A stretch of DNA of 64,000 bases from Pecten maximus. Its lineage: Eukaryota. A program made the position numbers and the translations under genes. This document shows positions 35,401-49,811 of this stretch, one piece after another. The notes below the pieces were generated by a model, which was given only the letters and a program-made list of their open reading frames with translations, made no database searches and was not told the origin of the DNA. Numbering within the stretch: the first letter of the stretch is position 1; each line of letters opens with the position of its first letter. The DNA is taken from assembly GCF_902652985.1 (NCBI RefSeq), contig NC_047028.1, positions 9,548,001 through 9,612,000 on the forward strand. Direction: 5' to 3'.

Positions 35401-38400
35401 CAGAAGACGGAGAAATTAGAGGAGAACAGGAAGAAAAAGCTCTCTTGCCTTGCAGTAACTCCCTCGCAGGTGATTGTATGTAGATGTCACAGAGATATTC
35501 CACAGTGCCGTATGTGGCCTAGAATTAACACAGACCTGGAATCTCTCATGTGTCATCCATGTGCCTGAGCAGTGGGACACATGTCACATGGACCACATAC
35601 AAGTAATGTGCAGGTATCAAGCATCCAAACAGACAATGGACCACACTAAACTCACCCCTTATAAATTAGTGACCTTGAGCCATGTTGTCGTTCCAAAGTG
35701 ACAAGATACAAGAAACTTTATTTGACATCACATTCATATTGACAATGAACTTTAGGTCAGTAGAAATTATACAGCATGCTGCAAAATTCCTGAATTTACC
35801 AAGCCTGTGTAGCCTACACAGAGCAATGCAACACGTCCTTAAACTTTCACCATCTGCCCACCAGCCCAGGTTTATATTGAGCCAGTTAAATCCCCCATTC
35901 CTATTTGTCCCTCATTTATAGTAAATCCATAATTACCATTATTAAAATACTAATAAGTGCTGGTATATATATCCAATATATCCAGTTATTCCTGTTTGAG
36001 TTGTTTCCTTAATGAACCAATCTACAGTTAAACTATAAATATCCAGATTCTGTTTTCCTAAATAACAAGAGGCCAAATGGGCCTGTTTCGCTCACCTGCT
36101 ACTAATGTAACTTTAAAGTTAATCTTTGTCATTGATGTACTTGATTAAGCTGAATATCTTTTCATTCATATGAGAGCAGGCCTTTTTAGAAACAAGAGTT
36201 GATCAAGGGCATCAACTGAACAAACCTGGTTGTCCTTCATCCAAGCATGCAACAGGCCCAAAATATATCCGGCTCCTTGGTAATTAAGATGCTGTTGTTT
36301 AAGGGAAAAGTTGACACAGGACAGATGACAGCCAGGAAGAGTGGTTCATTTGCCTCTTACTGTCACCCTGTCTTAATTCTATCATGTTTGAACAATAGGT
36401 GTGGATACTGTGAATGAACAATCGATTCCAGATTATAAAAACACTTTTAAACCAAATTTGTGAGACAGAATCTGGGGGGAGGTGGGGAAGGGAGGGGGGA
36501 GGGTTGCATATACTACAGGTACATGTACAAGTATAAAGTGTGTATTGTTGAGGACTGAAAGCTACAGCTGCATGTTTAATATAACCAGTCCCTGGAATTC
36601 AAGGTCAGTCTTAAGCTTACTCATCCTCATATATGTACAGAGAACTAGTGTACCTCTTATGACACAATATTTCATCACCGATATACCTGTACACCTGTGA
36701 CAAATTACTTTGGTGGGAAATGTCAACAAACTGACCATAATGAGGTCATCTGATATGACATCAGCTGAAAAAGATTTGTATTATAACAATACACAGGTGA
36801 GGGGTGTGATAATACTACTGTCAATCAGTACATCAACAACAACCTTTAGGGCATTCATAGCATGATGCCACTGATGTCACTATACTACTAGTCTATAGCC
36901 ATCTCCACTGTACAGGGTTAATAAATAGCTATACATCTCAAGTCAGAAGAAAACAACTTTGGTCCAATTTGGGGTAACTTCTATTTTCTACCCCGTCATA
37001 TATAGATAAATATATAAACCATGTACCATAATACAATAACTTAATACCTGAGCATATATAACATTAGAATGTAGACCTAGGTAGTTGGGCACAAAATTAT
37101 TGTTCAAATATTTATTTTCTAACAAATGTTCATACCGTACATGCAATATTTTCCGTCCCTGAGTACTGTTTACCGGTATATACATCTGTAGGAGTCGTTA
37201 ATTTCAATTTTATCAGACCTGTAACTTATGTATAACTGTTAAAAGGTTTATGATGTTTATACAGAATTATCAACGTTGTATACACAGACACAAACCCTAC
37301 CAATATATCATAACTTATAATCCTTATATAATTATGTGTTGCCTGTTCTTGTTCTGACATAGAATAACAATTCCAGCTCAGTGTGATGGGAAACCATGAC
37401 AGTCCTTAAACATGTATGGGGCTTCTGTGTATCTTCCATCTATATTGTTAACTCTCAAGTTTCTGTGAATTTCATATTTTGACTTTCAGGATTTTGATTG
37501 GACTCTCAGGAATCCTGAGGTGCGAGTAACAGACTATCGAGATTTGAATTCTACTGAATGTTCTAGATCTGCAAATATCTAAAACTCAGTCTGCCCTACA
37601 AAACATTTTTTTTGGCATTACAAAATTGCTGTATGCAGTTATAACAATACTATATTTTTTTCATTAAGAAATAATTAGAAAATTATTGATCGCTATGATT
37701 ATTAAGGCAAGTTTGATTAATTTTCCACTGCTCCAGACTTTACTACATGCCTCAGTGTATCTACCTATAATACATTGTGTCCAGTAACGGGCTGATCATC
37801 TGTGAGAGGGAAATTCCCTCAGGCAGTTGACATAATGTGATCATAACCCTGGCAGGGCCGATTGATTTACTGCCTATCAGTGATATTGTTAGATTTGCCA
37901 CAAAGTCTATTACAGCCTCTGTCTGTATCACTGGTCTGGGGGATGTCTATTTATATTACCTGTGTAACAAGGCCTAACATAGCTAGTCTACACACACATG
38001 ATATATGTAATCCTGCAGTCGGAATTCCCAGCATCAACAGTACAGGTGCTTGACCTTTTGTATTATAATGTAACATGACCAATCAAAGAGGAGATATTTC
38101 TAATGACCATGCAATAGCCTTTTTTGGTTCATTTTCCTGGAGTTTTTGTTAAGTAATAGGATGGAACTACGTTGTATGGTTAGATTTTATAATTAATGGG
38201 ATGGCCATACTAATTTTATTTTACTTTCTGGTGAGCCTCTACAAAGACTCTCAAGTTCTGTATTATATCTGATGGTCTGTCCAGATTTATACCTGATATG
38301 TTGCATTTAAAAAATTGATGAACAAGTTACATGTTTGTCCAACGTAAACGTCTCCAAAGAAGGGTAAAAGAAGGGAGACAACCCAGGAATGGAGAACGCA

Positions 38401-38494
38401 AAAAAATTTCAGCTGCACCAAAGTTTTTAAATATGTATATAATTTCGGTCTGACACAGCAAGAGTGACTTCACCAGTAGACAGCTGCACAACAA

Positions 38495-39485
38495 TATCTT
38501 TAGTCTAAATGATCTCCTGGTATCCTATAGAGAGACAAACTGTATCTTTAGTCTAAATGATCTCCAGTATCCTACAGAGAGACAAACTGTATCTTTAGTC
38601 TAAATGATCCCCAGTATCCTACAGAGAGAAAAACTGTACCTTTAGTCTAAATGATTTCCAGTATCCTACAGAGAGACAAACTGTATCTTTAGTCTAAATG
38701 ATTTCCAGTATCCTACAGAGAGACAAACTGTATCCTATAGAGAGACAAACTGTATCTTTAGTCTAAATGATCTCCAGTATCCTATAGAGAGACAAACTGT
38801 ATCTTCAGTCTAAATGATCTCCAGTATCCTATAGAGAGACAAACTGTATCTTTAGTCTAAATGATTTCCAGTATCCTACAGAGAGACAAACTGTATCTTT
38901 AGTCTAAATGATCTCCAGTATCCTATGGAGAGACAAACTGTATCTTCAGTCTAAATGATCTCCAGTATCCTATAGAGAGACAAACTGTATCTTCAGTCTA
39001 AATGATCTCCAGTATCCTATAGAAAGACAAACTGTATCTTTAGTCTAAATGATTTCCAGTATCCTACAGAGAGACAAACTGTATCTTTAGTCCAAATGAT
39101 CATGATCTCCAGTATCCTATGGAGAGACAAATTGTATCTTCAGTCTAAATGATTTCCAGTATCCTATAGAGAGACAAACCGTTTCTTTAGTTTAAATGAT
39201 TTCCAGTATCCTATAGAGAGACAAACTGTATCTTTAGTTTAAATGATTTCCAGTATCCTATAGAGAGACAAACTGTATCTTTAGTTTAAATGATTTCCAG
39301 TATCCTATAGAGAGACAAACCGTTTCTTTAGTTTAAATGATTTCCAGTATCCTATAGAGAGACAAACTGTATCTTTAGTTTAAATGATTTCCAGTATCCT
39401 ATAGAGAGACAAACTGTATCTTTGGTCTTAATGATCTCCAGTATCCTATAGAGAGACAAACTGTATCCTATAGAGAGACAAACCG
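38495..39485. repeat. 47-bp minisatellite
   Basis: Unit agagagacaaactgtatctttagtctaaatgatctccagtatcctat. Confidence 0.96.
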
Positions 39486-41661
39486 TCTGACAGTCTCTAC
39501 AGCAGTGCATTATCAAGATTAATAGGCCGATACTTTGTAGAGTAGATCAGGCAAATATCACCAGTGGTAGGGAAACATCAGTAGGTGTGTAGTTTGTAGG
39601 TTGACAATCAGATCACCCAGTTACACCACCAGTCTGTAGATTAGAGATAAAGAGGCCCACAGAGACAACATCTGTATCAGCAAAATGTACAAAAGTGGAA
39701 ATGGTTTTGTTCATATTGCTTCCAAACATTTTTATGACTACACCTACCCATCTATGTGGATCAATATACCAAACACTAATCAGTCTAAAAGCTTTCACTC
39801 TTTAGTACATACATACCTTAGGTGTACTGATTACAGCAATAGATAGGGTTACACTGAATCTATTTGATTCCTGAACATTTGCAATGATCATGTTTGAAAA
39901 GATGTTTTCTTAATATTCATGTTTACAATTCATACATTTATTGAGTTCATATATATATATAATTTGTAAATGCATCTAGGTGTGGTTTGCTGGGTTTATC
40001 ACCCCATGAACAGCCAGGGTCATTTGAGGCAGGGGTCTTGCATGCCATCCTGAACAATTACAGTAAATTGTCTTGTCCAAGGACACAGCCATGACAACAC
40101 AGACCAGCTTGTTGGCCATGGGAAACAAAAACAATTTTTATCGAGTTCATTTTGTCAGGTGGTTCCGGATAGTTTTGCCAGTAAAACTCAATCTGGGGTA
40201 ACATAATCACGATATAAGATTACAGTAAGACTGACATAGATTATCCTCTTTAGTACAGCCTTCCGATTAAACTGACAAATGAAATGTGCCAGCTCTAATA
40301 GGAACGGTCTATAATTAGTGTTCAAATAGGTTTAGTCACGTTAATTATTATCAGTAACTGCGAATAAGTCATGACAACTTATACAGAGGTCCAAGTGTTT
40401 AATCCACACCAGACCTCTATACATGAATCTCAAATTTTACTTTAAAAGAGTAATAGTATAAAACTGAAAAAAAAGTTAACTACCTTGTGTTACATGTAAG
40501 ATGATAACTAATGATTAAAAAAAGGCCACGCCCCTCAACTGATGTTACAGAAATAACAATGTGATCATGTCTACACATGTGTTAAAATTTTGTCTTTTTT
40601 TTTTAATTTTCAAATATCAAAATTTTAAGCTCTATATATGAAATCTTTAATATACAGTAACTTGAAGACAGAAGCCTGTCCCGATCATCTTTCTGGTACT
40701 TGTTTTGTTCTCCAGCACCAATGTCGCCTTGCCTTCCCAAATTTTCATGTGGAAACTGATGGAATAAGATAAATTGTCCTTTAGGGAGTAGAACTGAAGT
40801 TGGTTCTGTCTGGGTATTCCTCGGGGACCTCATTACAAGGAAATCATGTCTTTTTTTATACTTCAGCAGCACATGCATAAACGACATATTGAATTATGCA
40901 TATTGCTGTGCACAGAATTTGATCTAATTTTAGTTCAGATAAAATTCTATTATTTTCAGTAATTACAAGAATTAGCATATCCTGATCATATCCTTTCAGG
41001 GCAACATCCTGAAGATGCTGTGAATAATTCTAAAAGGATGTTTAAGCTACGTTGTTTGAGGGTTATGTTTTTTTGTTGTTGTATAAATCTTGTACATGAT
41101 GTACATCTACTTATATATATACTTACCAGTAGTAGTTTTATTGTATGTTAACACTGAAGTGTGTAGCCTGTACAAAGCCACTTAAAATATATATACCATA
41201 TTTATCCAGCAAGAACCCAACGCCTGGTTATTAACCAACTAATGTCAATATAATATTGCCGTTCATTCAAATGCTTTTTCACTGCCTATCCCCTACTTTA
41301 TATAATGGGTTGGCCTAGCCTATAGACTTATTATAAGATATGGTATCAATCTTAGTTTTTTCTTTAAACATATTAATCCTAGAAATTTTCTGTCCACTTT
41401 TTTCATAAATATTCACCTCAACATTTCACTATTTAATATCCTTATAAAACGGCCAGGTGAAAGTAAGACTGTCAGAGTATCAGGAGTGATAATAACAGGT
41501 ATCAAGTGTTGTTGTGTTGGCAGTCCTTGGAAAACACAAACTCCTGATTCTTTTATTGGGGGTGCCCAAATTAGTCTTTTTATCAGTTTCCATACAACAA
41601 GTGATACAGGTTTAGTTCAACACACCGATATAATTTTTTTCCCCAATTAAAACAATATATA

Positions 41662-41838
41662 CAGGGCTTTTTCTCACTGGTACGGTTGGGGCTGTATTTC
41701 ACATTTTGGGAATAAAATTGGTGAATTGGGAAAGATTTTTTCAGGAGTAAACTACAACTTTTTGGAATTTGGCTTCAATATGAAATAATTTTGATTGGGC
41801 ATTGGGCTCATTATAATTAATGGCCACAAAAAGCCCTG
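41662..41838. mobile_element. Short MITE (TIR CAGGGCTTTTT), copy 1
   Basis: TIRs cagggcttttt/aaaaagccctg; flanks atata/ataca; homologous to 60795-60980. Confidence 0.75.
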
Positions 41839-42536
41839 ATACACTAACTGTATATAGATATGTCACCACAATTTCATTTATCATGTGACATCATGACAGC
41901 TGAATGTCATAATGTATTAATAACCAGTGTGAAATTGTGAATTGATAACAGTTCGAATGATTGATTGAAATTAATCTCTTCTATATAGAGCAAATCCTTA
42001 ATCATTGAACAGCTTCTACACACTATATATATATATATATGTATCATTGGCTGCAAATTAAAGTACATGTACAGTTATAATTATTAATTATGCAATCCAT
42101 CACCCCGCAATTTTTATATTCAATCAAATTCTGTTTTGAACTCATCTAATTAGGTATTTTATATACAAATAAGACCCATACATTTACAGAAATATATTAA
42201 TATATATATGCTGTTTTACATTCTTGCAAAATTTGTTCTCATTATTTTAGCAAAATTATAAAATCCAGGTGACTGAGGTCTATCGAATCTAACTTGATCC
42301 AGATCCCATTTACCTAATTTAACAACTTGTACACTTATTATAAATGTATAAATAAGTATATCAGTACTTGTATATCTTAAGTTGTGACAGTCACTACTGG
42401 GGAGCTACCTGTTTATCTGTTATAATAACTTCCCTCTCCGTATGTGAGTGGGGTTTAGATCTAGATCTACAGTATACAGTGTAGTGTTATAACATCTCAG
42501 CAGGTCACATCTCCAAGTAACATATATACAGGTATA

Positions 42537-43750
42537 CAGTGGAACTTCGTTAACTCGAACTCGGATAACTCGAATACCCCGCTTAACTCGAAGTACCTCG
42601 CCGGTCCCGGCCGAATTCTCTCTTTATCTTAGTAAAAAAAACTCCGACAATTCGAATTCGGATAACTTGAAAAACTCGGATAATACGAAGTAAAAATTTG
42701 GTCCCAACAATAAAAATCCTACTTGAAATGTTCGAATAACTCGAAGTATAATTTTCGTCGATCGGTGGCAAACGCCGACATTTTTTAAGAGCTAAATTCC
42801 GTTTGTAATACTGAACATATCGGCACTACTAACCTACATGCTATTATAAGTGTTTCATAAATTCATAAAAGAAATTGTCGGTTGAATCTTATAACAACAA
42901 GTCTTGGTGATAAAAAGTACTGCTTTACTTACATCAGGTAATTTCCCAAGGCGGTCGCCGATATCAGTACATACGATAGTCAACAACTCATCTAGGCCTA
43001 CCCGTTCGCTCAAGCGGAACTAATCTCTGACACACCGGTAGATCTACCCGGCTGATGTTTTTACAGGTGTAGAAATGACACAGTCACCGGCGCCTATTAA
43101 ATCTTTAAACTGCTGAAACAATAGAGTAATTACTGCCGAGGTGTTCAGAGTACAACTGTAACGGTCAGTGCTGTCTATTAAATCGGATAAAACGCCAACT
43201 CAGTTACAGTAACATTTTATACGCACATGCGCAGCCCAACTTCCGGTGCTAATACACATGGAAATGGCGTGGTTATCAATAAAAAGTAAGTAGGCCGATC
43301 AAACAGTATTTTATATATGTCCAATAAAAGGTAATGGTTCTGTTACGTTTTGTATGCAATCTGTGTTTAACTTAAACGGTTATTTGTTTTGTCATTAATA
43401 ACTTGTTATTTTGTCGAATTCCGTTTTATCGTTTACCTTTTGCAAACATGACTTGCACATCAGATCGTTATTGAAGTAACTAAGTGAAAGAAACTTTATC
43501 GTGACTGTATATCGGCAAAACTACACCAAATTACAAGTGACATAACGAAACATTACATATATATTTACATGTATTGACCAGTCTTCACACTAAACTGATG
43601 AGCGACAGAGCGAAATTATAATGATTATATAATGTTGACAAATATTGACCAAACTTTTCACCAAAAACGATAACTCGCTTAATTCGAACACTCGGATAAC
43701 TCGAAGTTTTTTCGTGGTCCCGTCGACTTCGAGTTAACGAAGTTCCACTG
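42537..43750. mobile_element. Non-autonomous Tc1/mariner (pogo/Tigger-like) element, 1214 bp
   Basis: Perfect 23-bp TIR CAGTGGAACTTCGTTAACTCGAA, TA on both flanks, subterminal ctcggataactcgaa repeats, no transposase ORF. Confidence 0.9.
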
Positions 43751-46700
43751 TATATGATATACTATTGAATTATCCAGGATAAGGTTATACATATTAAGGG
43801 CATTCAGTTAACCCTTGACTTTCAGTAATTTCAGATCTAGAAGACAAATAACTATTTCTCAGAAATCTGAAGGGTCAAAACAAATGTCAAATAGACATAC
43901 ATGTCCCTTCAAACCCCGAAATCTGATTTTGGGGACTCAAAAACATACTCTCAAGGAGACCTGGCTCTTTGTTTCCATACCATCCATAGAAGGAAACAAC
44001 CACTAAAGCACAGGATAGTGATCTGTAACCACCCATGACCAAAGGCCATGATAGCTCAGTCAGTTAGAGCGGTTACAGCGCCGGCCACATAACCTCAGGT
44101 GAATATCCAGGGTACATGGTTTGATACTCCCTTAACTACCCGACACAGTTCGAATTTCTAGGCAGTGATTTTCTAATTACCCTAATTATACAGGGGCCTG
44201 TACCTTTTCCATTGGGAAAATATAGTCATATTATTTTTTATTTTGGGAAAAATGTACTTTCTCCCAAGATCAAAAATAATCATGAAATCAATGGTTTACT
44301 ATTATTTTGATTATGTATTGCATAATATAGCTATAGCTATGATCAATCAATTATAGCATTGGCTTGTGAAAACATTATATTTTTTTAATCATGTGAAATG
44401 TATTATGATCAACATCTCTTCATATTTATAAATTTACATACAAGGAAACTTCTGATTGGGAAAATATGACCTAAAAATTGGGAAAATACAGCAAAATTTC
44501 TTTTGGGGAAGGAATTTGGTCCCAAATCCATGCCAAAAGAATCACTGCTAGGAAAGCTGAGAAATGAGCAGCCTGTGCTGTCTTGGTTGATTCCTTGCTT
44601 TGGATGGCATGCAACAGGCCTCCTGTGTGTTGTTCAGTGAGGTAGTCACCAACTACTACAAGGAGACCTCGCCTCATAATGATCTTGGCTGCATGTTCAC
44701 AGGGTGATTAATCCAGCAAACAAACAAACTGTGACCACCCAGAGTAAGTCAAACCACAGATTTTTACCTGTGTGGTTAAATTTGCCACAGGCTTTAATGC
44801 AGTATAGCAGGTATATTTGAACTGAATCATTGACAGTAATATTTCCAAACATTTATATGTGTACCTATAACATATCCTTAGTTTGACTGGAAAGGTTTAT
44901 TTTGGTGACTGGTTGGACATATGTACAGTGGTGGAATTACATACGATTAGGATTACAACAACAGAGTACAATTACGACTGGAAATTCATATCTTTAACCT
45001 TGCTATATATATATGTATTCAATATTTCCAGAAATTATATTGGTCCCAACAAAACTTTGCAAGTGTCTATGACCCAGGACTTGCATGTAGATTTATCACT
45101 GCATGGTGCATATGATACAGTGTGTTAACAATTAGACACTGTAACACAAATGACAAAGGAAGACAATTTATGACTACTGCATGCCCTGACCAAGCCTTTA
45201 ACTCACAATCTACAACACTAAATCTCCTAATCAGAAATACCTGCAGCTTATACCACTGTGCCACATCCATACAATTATTAGTTTTATATATATATAAATT
45301 ATATCATTAACTCTCCAACTGGTGAGTTTGTGAGGATTATACAGGTATATTTGAAATTCCAACCTGTATGACGGTTGACCTCCAGACTTGGCATAAGGTC
45401 AAGGCCTGCAGGACACTTGGGACAGGTATACATGTAAATCAGGTGTACATATCACTATTAACCACCAGTGGTTTATGTTTACGCCCCTGATACCGTATTC
45501 TCTCTGTGAGACACTGGGGACAGGTTTGTATCTCAGGTGTATAATGTACACTATTAAAGTTCTATTTGTCTGTATACACAGCTACCGTATTCTTTCTATG
45601 AGACACAGATGGAAGCTTAAAGTGTTTTATCTAAAAAAAAAAAAAAAATTCTACATGTAGAGTTCTACACCAGTGTGAAATTACAGGAACAAGTTCAGAT
45701 TGTGATCCAGTTCTAGATCTGTATATATCCACACATCTCCTTCTGAACCGTTTGATTTACCTTATATTCCATACATATATACAGTGACAGGAACAGATAA
45801 AACTAGCACTTGTGTTTGCCTGATCATGAGTAGCTTTTTCATCAGACTATTTTTTCAGTATTTAAAACTTGTCTCGAGAAGTATAACATTGCTCTTCTAT
45901 ATAGTATCATAAAAATTTAAGTACCCATAGTTTGGACTTTGACTTTGTCCACATTTTTAATGTATCTAAATATTAATAATATGCTGTCCTTGTTTGTTTG
46001 GAAAATCTTGGTCTGTGCATATAGTACATACACTTATCTATTCAATATAATGTTTGCACTAGTCTATATTATACCACCACCCAGTATACCAGTATACCGG
46101 TATACCAGTCAAGTGGTATGTAGCAATTGCATATACTGTAGTTGTTATTATAGGATGTTTCAAGCTTGGGGAATATATATTATAAAAACAATTTACTGTG
46201 TAATAATGAAATTGGTATGTCATTAATAAAATCTGTGACATCATATAATGACATATACAGTACAGTGGTTGGAACTTGTCATTTATAAATTTGGAAATCA
46301 CTTTCTGTAATCGTGATAACTGGACAAAATAAATTATCAAACTGTATATGTCCTGACAGTAATATGGGCTTATATACAGTCAGTGGACCCTTGAGGGTAT
46401 CAGATCTTGACACCCTACTATTAAGACCACAATGAGTTTGATTTTGACTCTTGGGTTTAGAAGCCAAGGGACATCCTATAGTATATATCTATTTGGTATT
46501 TGTTTTGATCCTTCAGATTTTTAATAAATGGTGATTTGACATCAATAATTATTTTAAATAAAGTTGAGGATCAAGCAGTAATTAAGTCATGATCTAGTAA
46601 TTTCTTGGTCAAATTATCATAGATTTATCAGGAAATTCTAAGATCTATGTCAAAACAGATGTCAGATAGAAATGTCTCTATAAACCTTTTTTTTTGTTTT

Positions 46701-47019
46701 TGACTTACCCTAAATATATGTCTACCAGGTAGATATGATGAAGCTGACTATGGCACTAGGCATATCAAAATGTTATGATATCATTTACATGTACATGTAT
46801 GCAACAGAGGTCATAAAAATTATGCCTCCACTAGCTATAGGGATCAATCAACCTGGGCTGTCTGGCTTATATAACTAGTAGTCTGACACTCTACCTATTG
46901 AGCTAAAGAGAAATTCTCTTTTGCCAAGCAGAATACACCAGGGTTATATATAGTATCTAAAACACAACACAAATGGATAGAATATATAAACAATGGATAT
47001 TATATAACCCTACCTGTTT

Positions 47020-47559
47020 TCAAACTATACAGCAGCATCCGTTGCTTTCCTTCACTGGACTAGTGTTCATCTCCCTTACAATTTCTATGAAAACTTCATT
47101 GACATTTTGAGTATTTTTGGCCGAGGTTTCTAAGAAGGGACATCCCCATATTTGAGCTAATGTTGCGCCTTCTTTTGACGGCACTTCCCTTTGGTGCTCC
47201 AAGTCGGCTTTATTTCCCACTAATATCATTGGAATATTCTCAATCCCTTTCACACGCATAATTTGTTCCTTCATGGATTTGATATCTTGGAAAGTTTGTA
47301 AGCTTGTTATACTGTACACGATAACAAATCCTTGTCCATTCTTTATATATAAATCCCTCATGGAGGCGAATTGTTCAGTTCCAGCCGTGTCAAGGATTTC
47401 CAAGACTGAAGGAGCAGAATCCACTTCAATCTCTTTCCTGTAGAAGTCTTCAATCGTTGGGTCATATTTCTCCATAAATGTTCCGGACACAAACTTTACT
47501 GTCAGTGCACTTTTACCAACACCACCACTCCCTAAAACCACTACCTTATATTCTCTCAT
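47020..47559 (-). CDS. RAP2: Ras-related protein Rap-2 (intronless CDS, 179 aa)
   Basis: [36 protein letters not shown] (Rap2-type F39), [24 protein letters not shown] and C-terminal CCCIV (CaaX plus adjacent Cys). Confidence 0.96.
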   Translation of the reverse strand: MREYKVVVLGSGGVGKSALTVKFVSGTFMEKYDPTIEDFYRKEIEVDSAPSVLEILDTAGTEQFASMRDLYIKNGQGFVIVYSITSLQTFQDIKSMKEQIMRVKGIENIPMILVGNKADLEHQREVPSKEGATLAQIWGCPFLETSAKNTQNVNEVFIEIVREMNTSPVKESNGCCCIV

Positions 47560-47843
47560 TGTTCTTGTTCAGTTTCTTCAAACTGGGTGTCGGCAATCAA
47601 AATTGTAACACTTCTAGAATGTTTTTCAACAACAATTTTCAAGTTCTACGTCTGTCCTATACGACTTACAGCATAATTAAAACAACAACATCAGACAATG
47701 GGCGCACAGCTTAAACAGGACAATCCCAAAATCTGACGTTTTCAGACAAAAAAACTCGGAAGATGATGGACGATTCCCCTGCATTCATATCATATTTTCG
47801 TCGCCATCATGTAAAAATACGAGGAAAGGCGAAAGCCATTACC

Positions 47844-47942
47844 CTGAAAAGAAACAAAATAAGCAAAGGGAATAAATGAATTACATGTTTTGCTTGTATA
47901 ACGGTATGTACACATCAATAGAAAAATGTCAAAATCGCTAAC
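47844..47942 (-). other. Putative 99-nt 5'UTR intron of Rap2
   Basis: Donor GAAG|gttagc and acceptor ttttgtttcttttcag|; YY1-like CAAAATGGCG just upstream. Confidence 0.55.
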
Positions 47943-49400
47943 CTTCTCGCCATTTTGGGTGGGCTCTGGATTTTTACCTTCTGGTGAAGAGATTTCAACT
48001 AAGAACGACAACTCCGACATGCCCAGAAGCCGTGGACTATAAAATTAGGTCAACTAATTATGTATGCTTATGTTATGTTTTCAGTAGCATAAAATGACGC
48101 ACGGAAAGGGAGACGAGTAAAGGGAGATGTGTGGACAAACAATGTACATGTGTGTGTGTACAAATCAACTGATATTTCTAAATATTGATCTGATGGAAGA
48201 TATAGGTTGTTATCTTTCACAGGGAAAACACACGCACATAAGAAATCCAGGATTGTTTCCAGCTGTTTTTAATAGACAAGTTATGGAGGATTACAGACTT
48301 GCTATAAAAACGATCGTTAGCCTTTGAATTAAAAATATACTGTAATCATACCTTGTAATCAGAATTTACATTACTGTTTGTATATGTGCATATTTCCGAG
48401 TACACGTACCAAATGCCCAGCCTATATATCATAGTTCGAGTTATAAAAAAAAAATAGAACAGTAACACAAAATTCCTCTGGCCCCACTGCCCTTGTCTGA
48501 CTGTTTCCATGCCGAGTATAACAGGCCTAGGTCTATCTTGGGTTACGGGGCGAGCATCTGGCATAGGCTATTAACACTACTGCAGTAGGCAATCTAATGG
48601 TAACATTCTAACTTACATAATTGACGTTTACGCTGAAAAAACAAGGTCTTAAATACTGCAAAAACCTGAACAAAAGTAGACAACTCTCAATGCACATGTT
48701 TTGAAAATTGTGCTTTCGTAATATTTATATAAATCACCTGTGCCCACTTTAAATAATTAATTGTTCGTTATTGATTTTAACCCTAAACCAGGATGATAAT
48801 TTATGGAAGTTTCTCATTAAAAGGATTTTACAACAGCTTAGTATAAATTTAGCAACCGATACATTACAATGTCGATCAATTAATATCAAATACATTTTTT
48901 GTCCTTCTAAGACTTTATAGAATTTTGACACGCTCATTGAAATTTACATACATTAATATACACAATCACTTATTTTATTTTTCAATGTTTTGCTGTTAAC
49001 AAATTGATCAAAATCTGTTGCGGATGATCGACATAAATAAACACATCACCCTAGTAAAATATAATAATCAATCAACTTTATTGCATTTTTTCCCATTCAA
49101 ACAATTAAAGGATCGACAGAAAAAAATGTGTTACAAAACATATTATAATATGTATAAATAATTCAAACAAACATATACAAGTGTATTATGTATAAATATA
49201 TAATACTTTACACTTTGACTAGCAACCTAACTAAATTATGAAGAGAAAGCGTCACATTGTATTGAAATTGCTAGGAATATAGGAGTTGCCCCCCTTCGAC
49301 TGTCGATATGTTTGTCCAAAAACGTGAAAGAAAAAATGCATGGAACTTTCTTTTACCTTGAATACTATGCGAGAATGCGATTATGCGGTAATCATCACAT

Positions 49401-49811
49401 GTATGTATAATGAGTTAGGTAATTATTACAAGTATGTATAATGAGTTTGGTAATTATTACAGGTATGTATAATGAGTTAGGTAATTATTACAGGTATGTA
49501 TAATGAGTTATGAGTTTGGTGATTATTACAGGTATGTATAATGAGTTAGGTAATTATTACAGGTATGTATAATGAGTTATGAGTTAGGTAATTATTACAA
49601 GTATGTATAATGAGTTTGGTAATTATTACAGGTATGTATAATGAGTTATGAGTTTGGTAATTATTACAGGTATGTATAATGAGTTTGGTAATTATTACAG
49701 GTATGTATAATGAGTTAGGTAATTATTACAGGTATGTATAATGAGTTTGGTAATTATTACAGGTATGTATAATGAATTAAGTAATTATTACAGGTATGTA
49801 TAATGAGTTAG
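49401..49811. repeat. 31-bp minisatellite (with longer variants)
   Basis: Unit gtatgtataatgagttaggtaattattacag. Confidence 0.95.

Noticed and set aside
47020-47559. Rap2 as a processed retrocopy
   Set aside because: No poly(A) or TSD, the ORF is intact, and plausible UTR introns lie on both sides.
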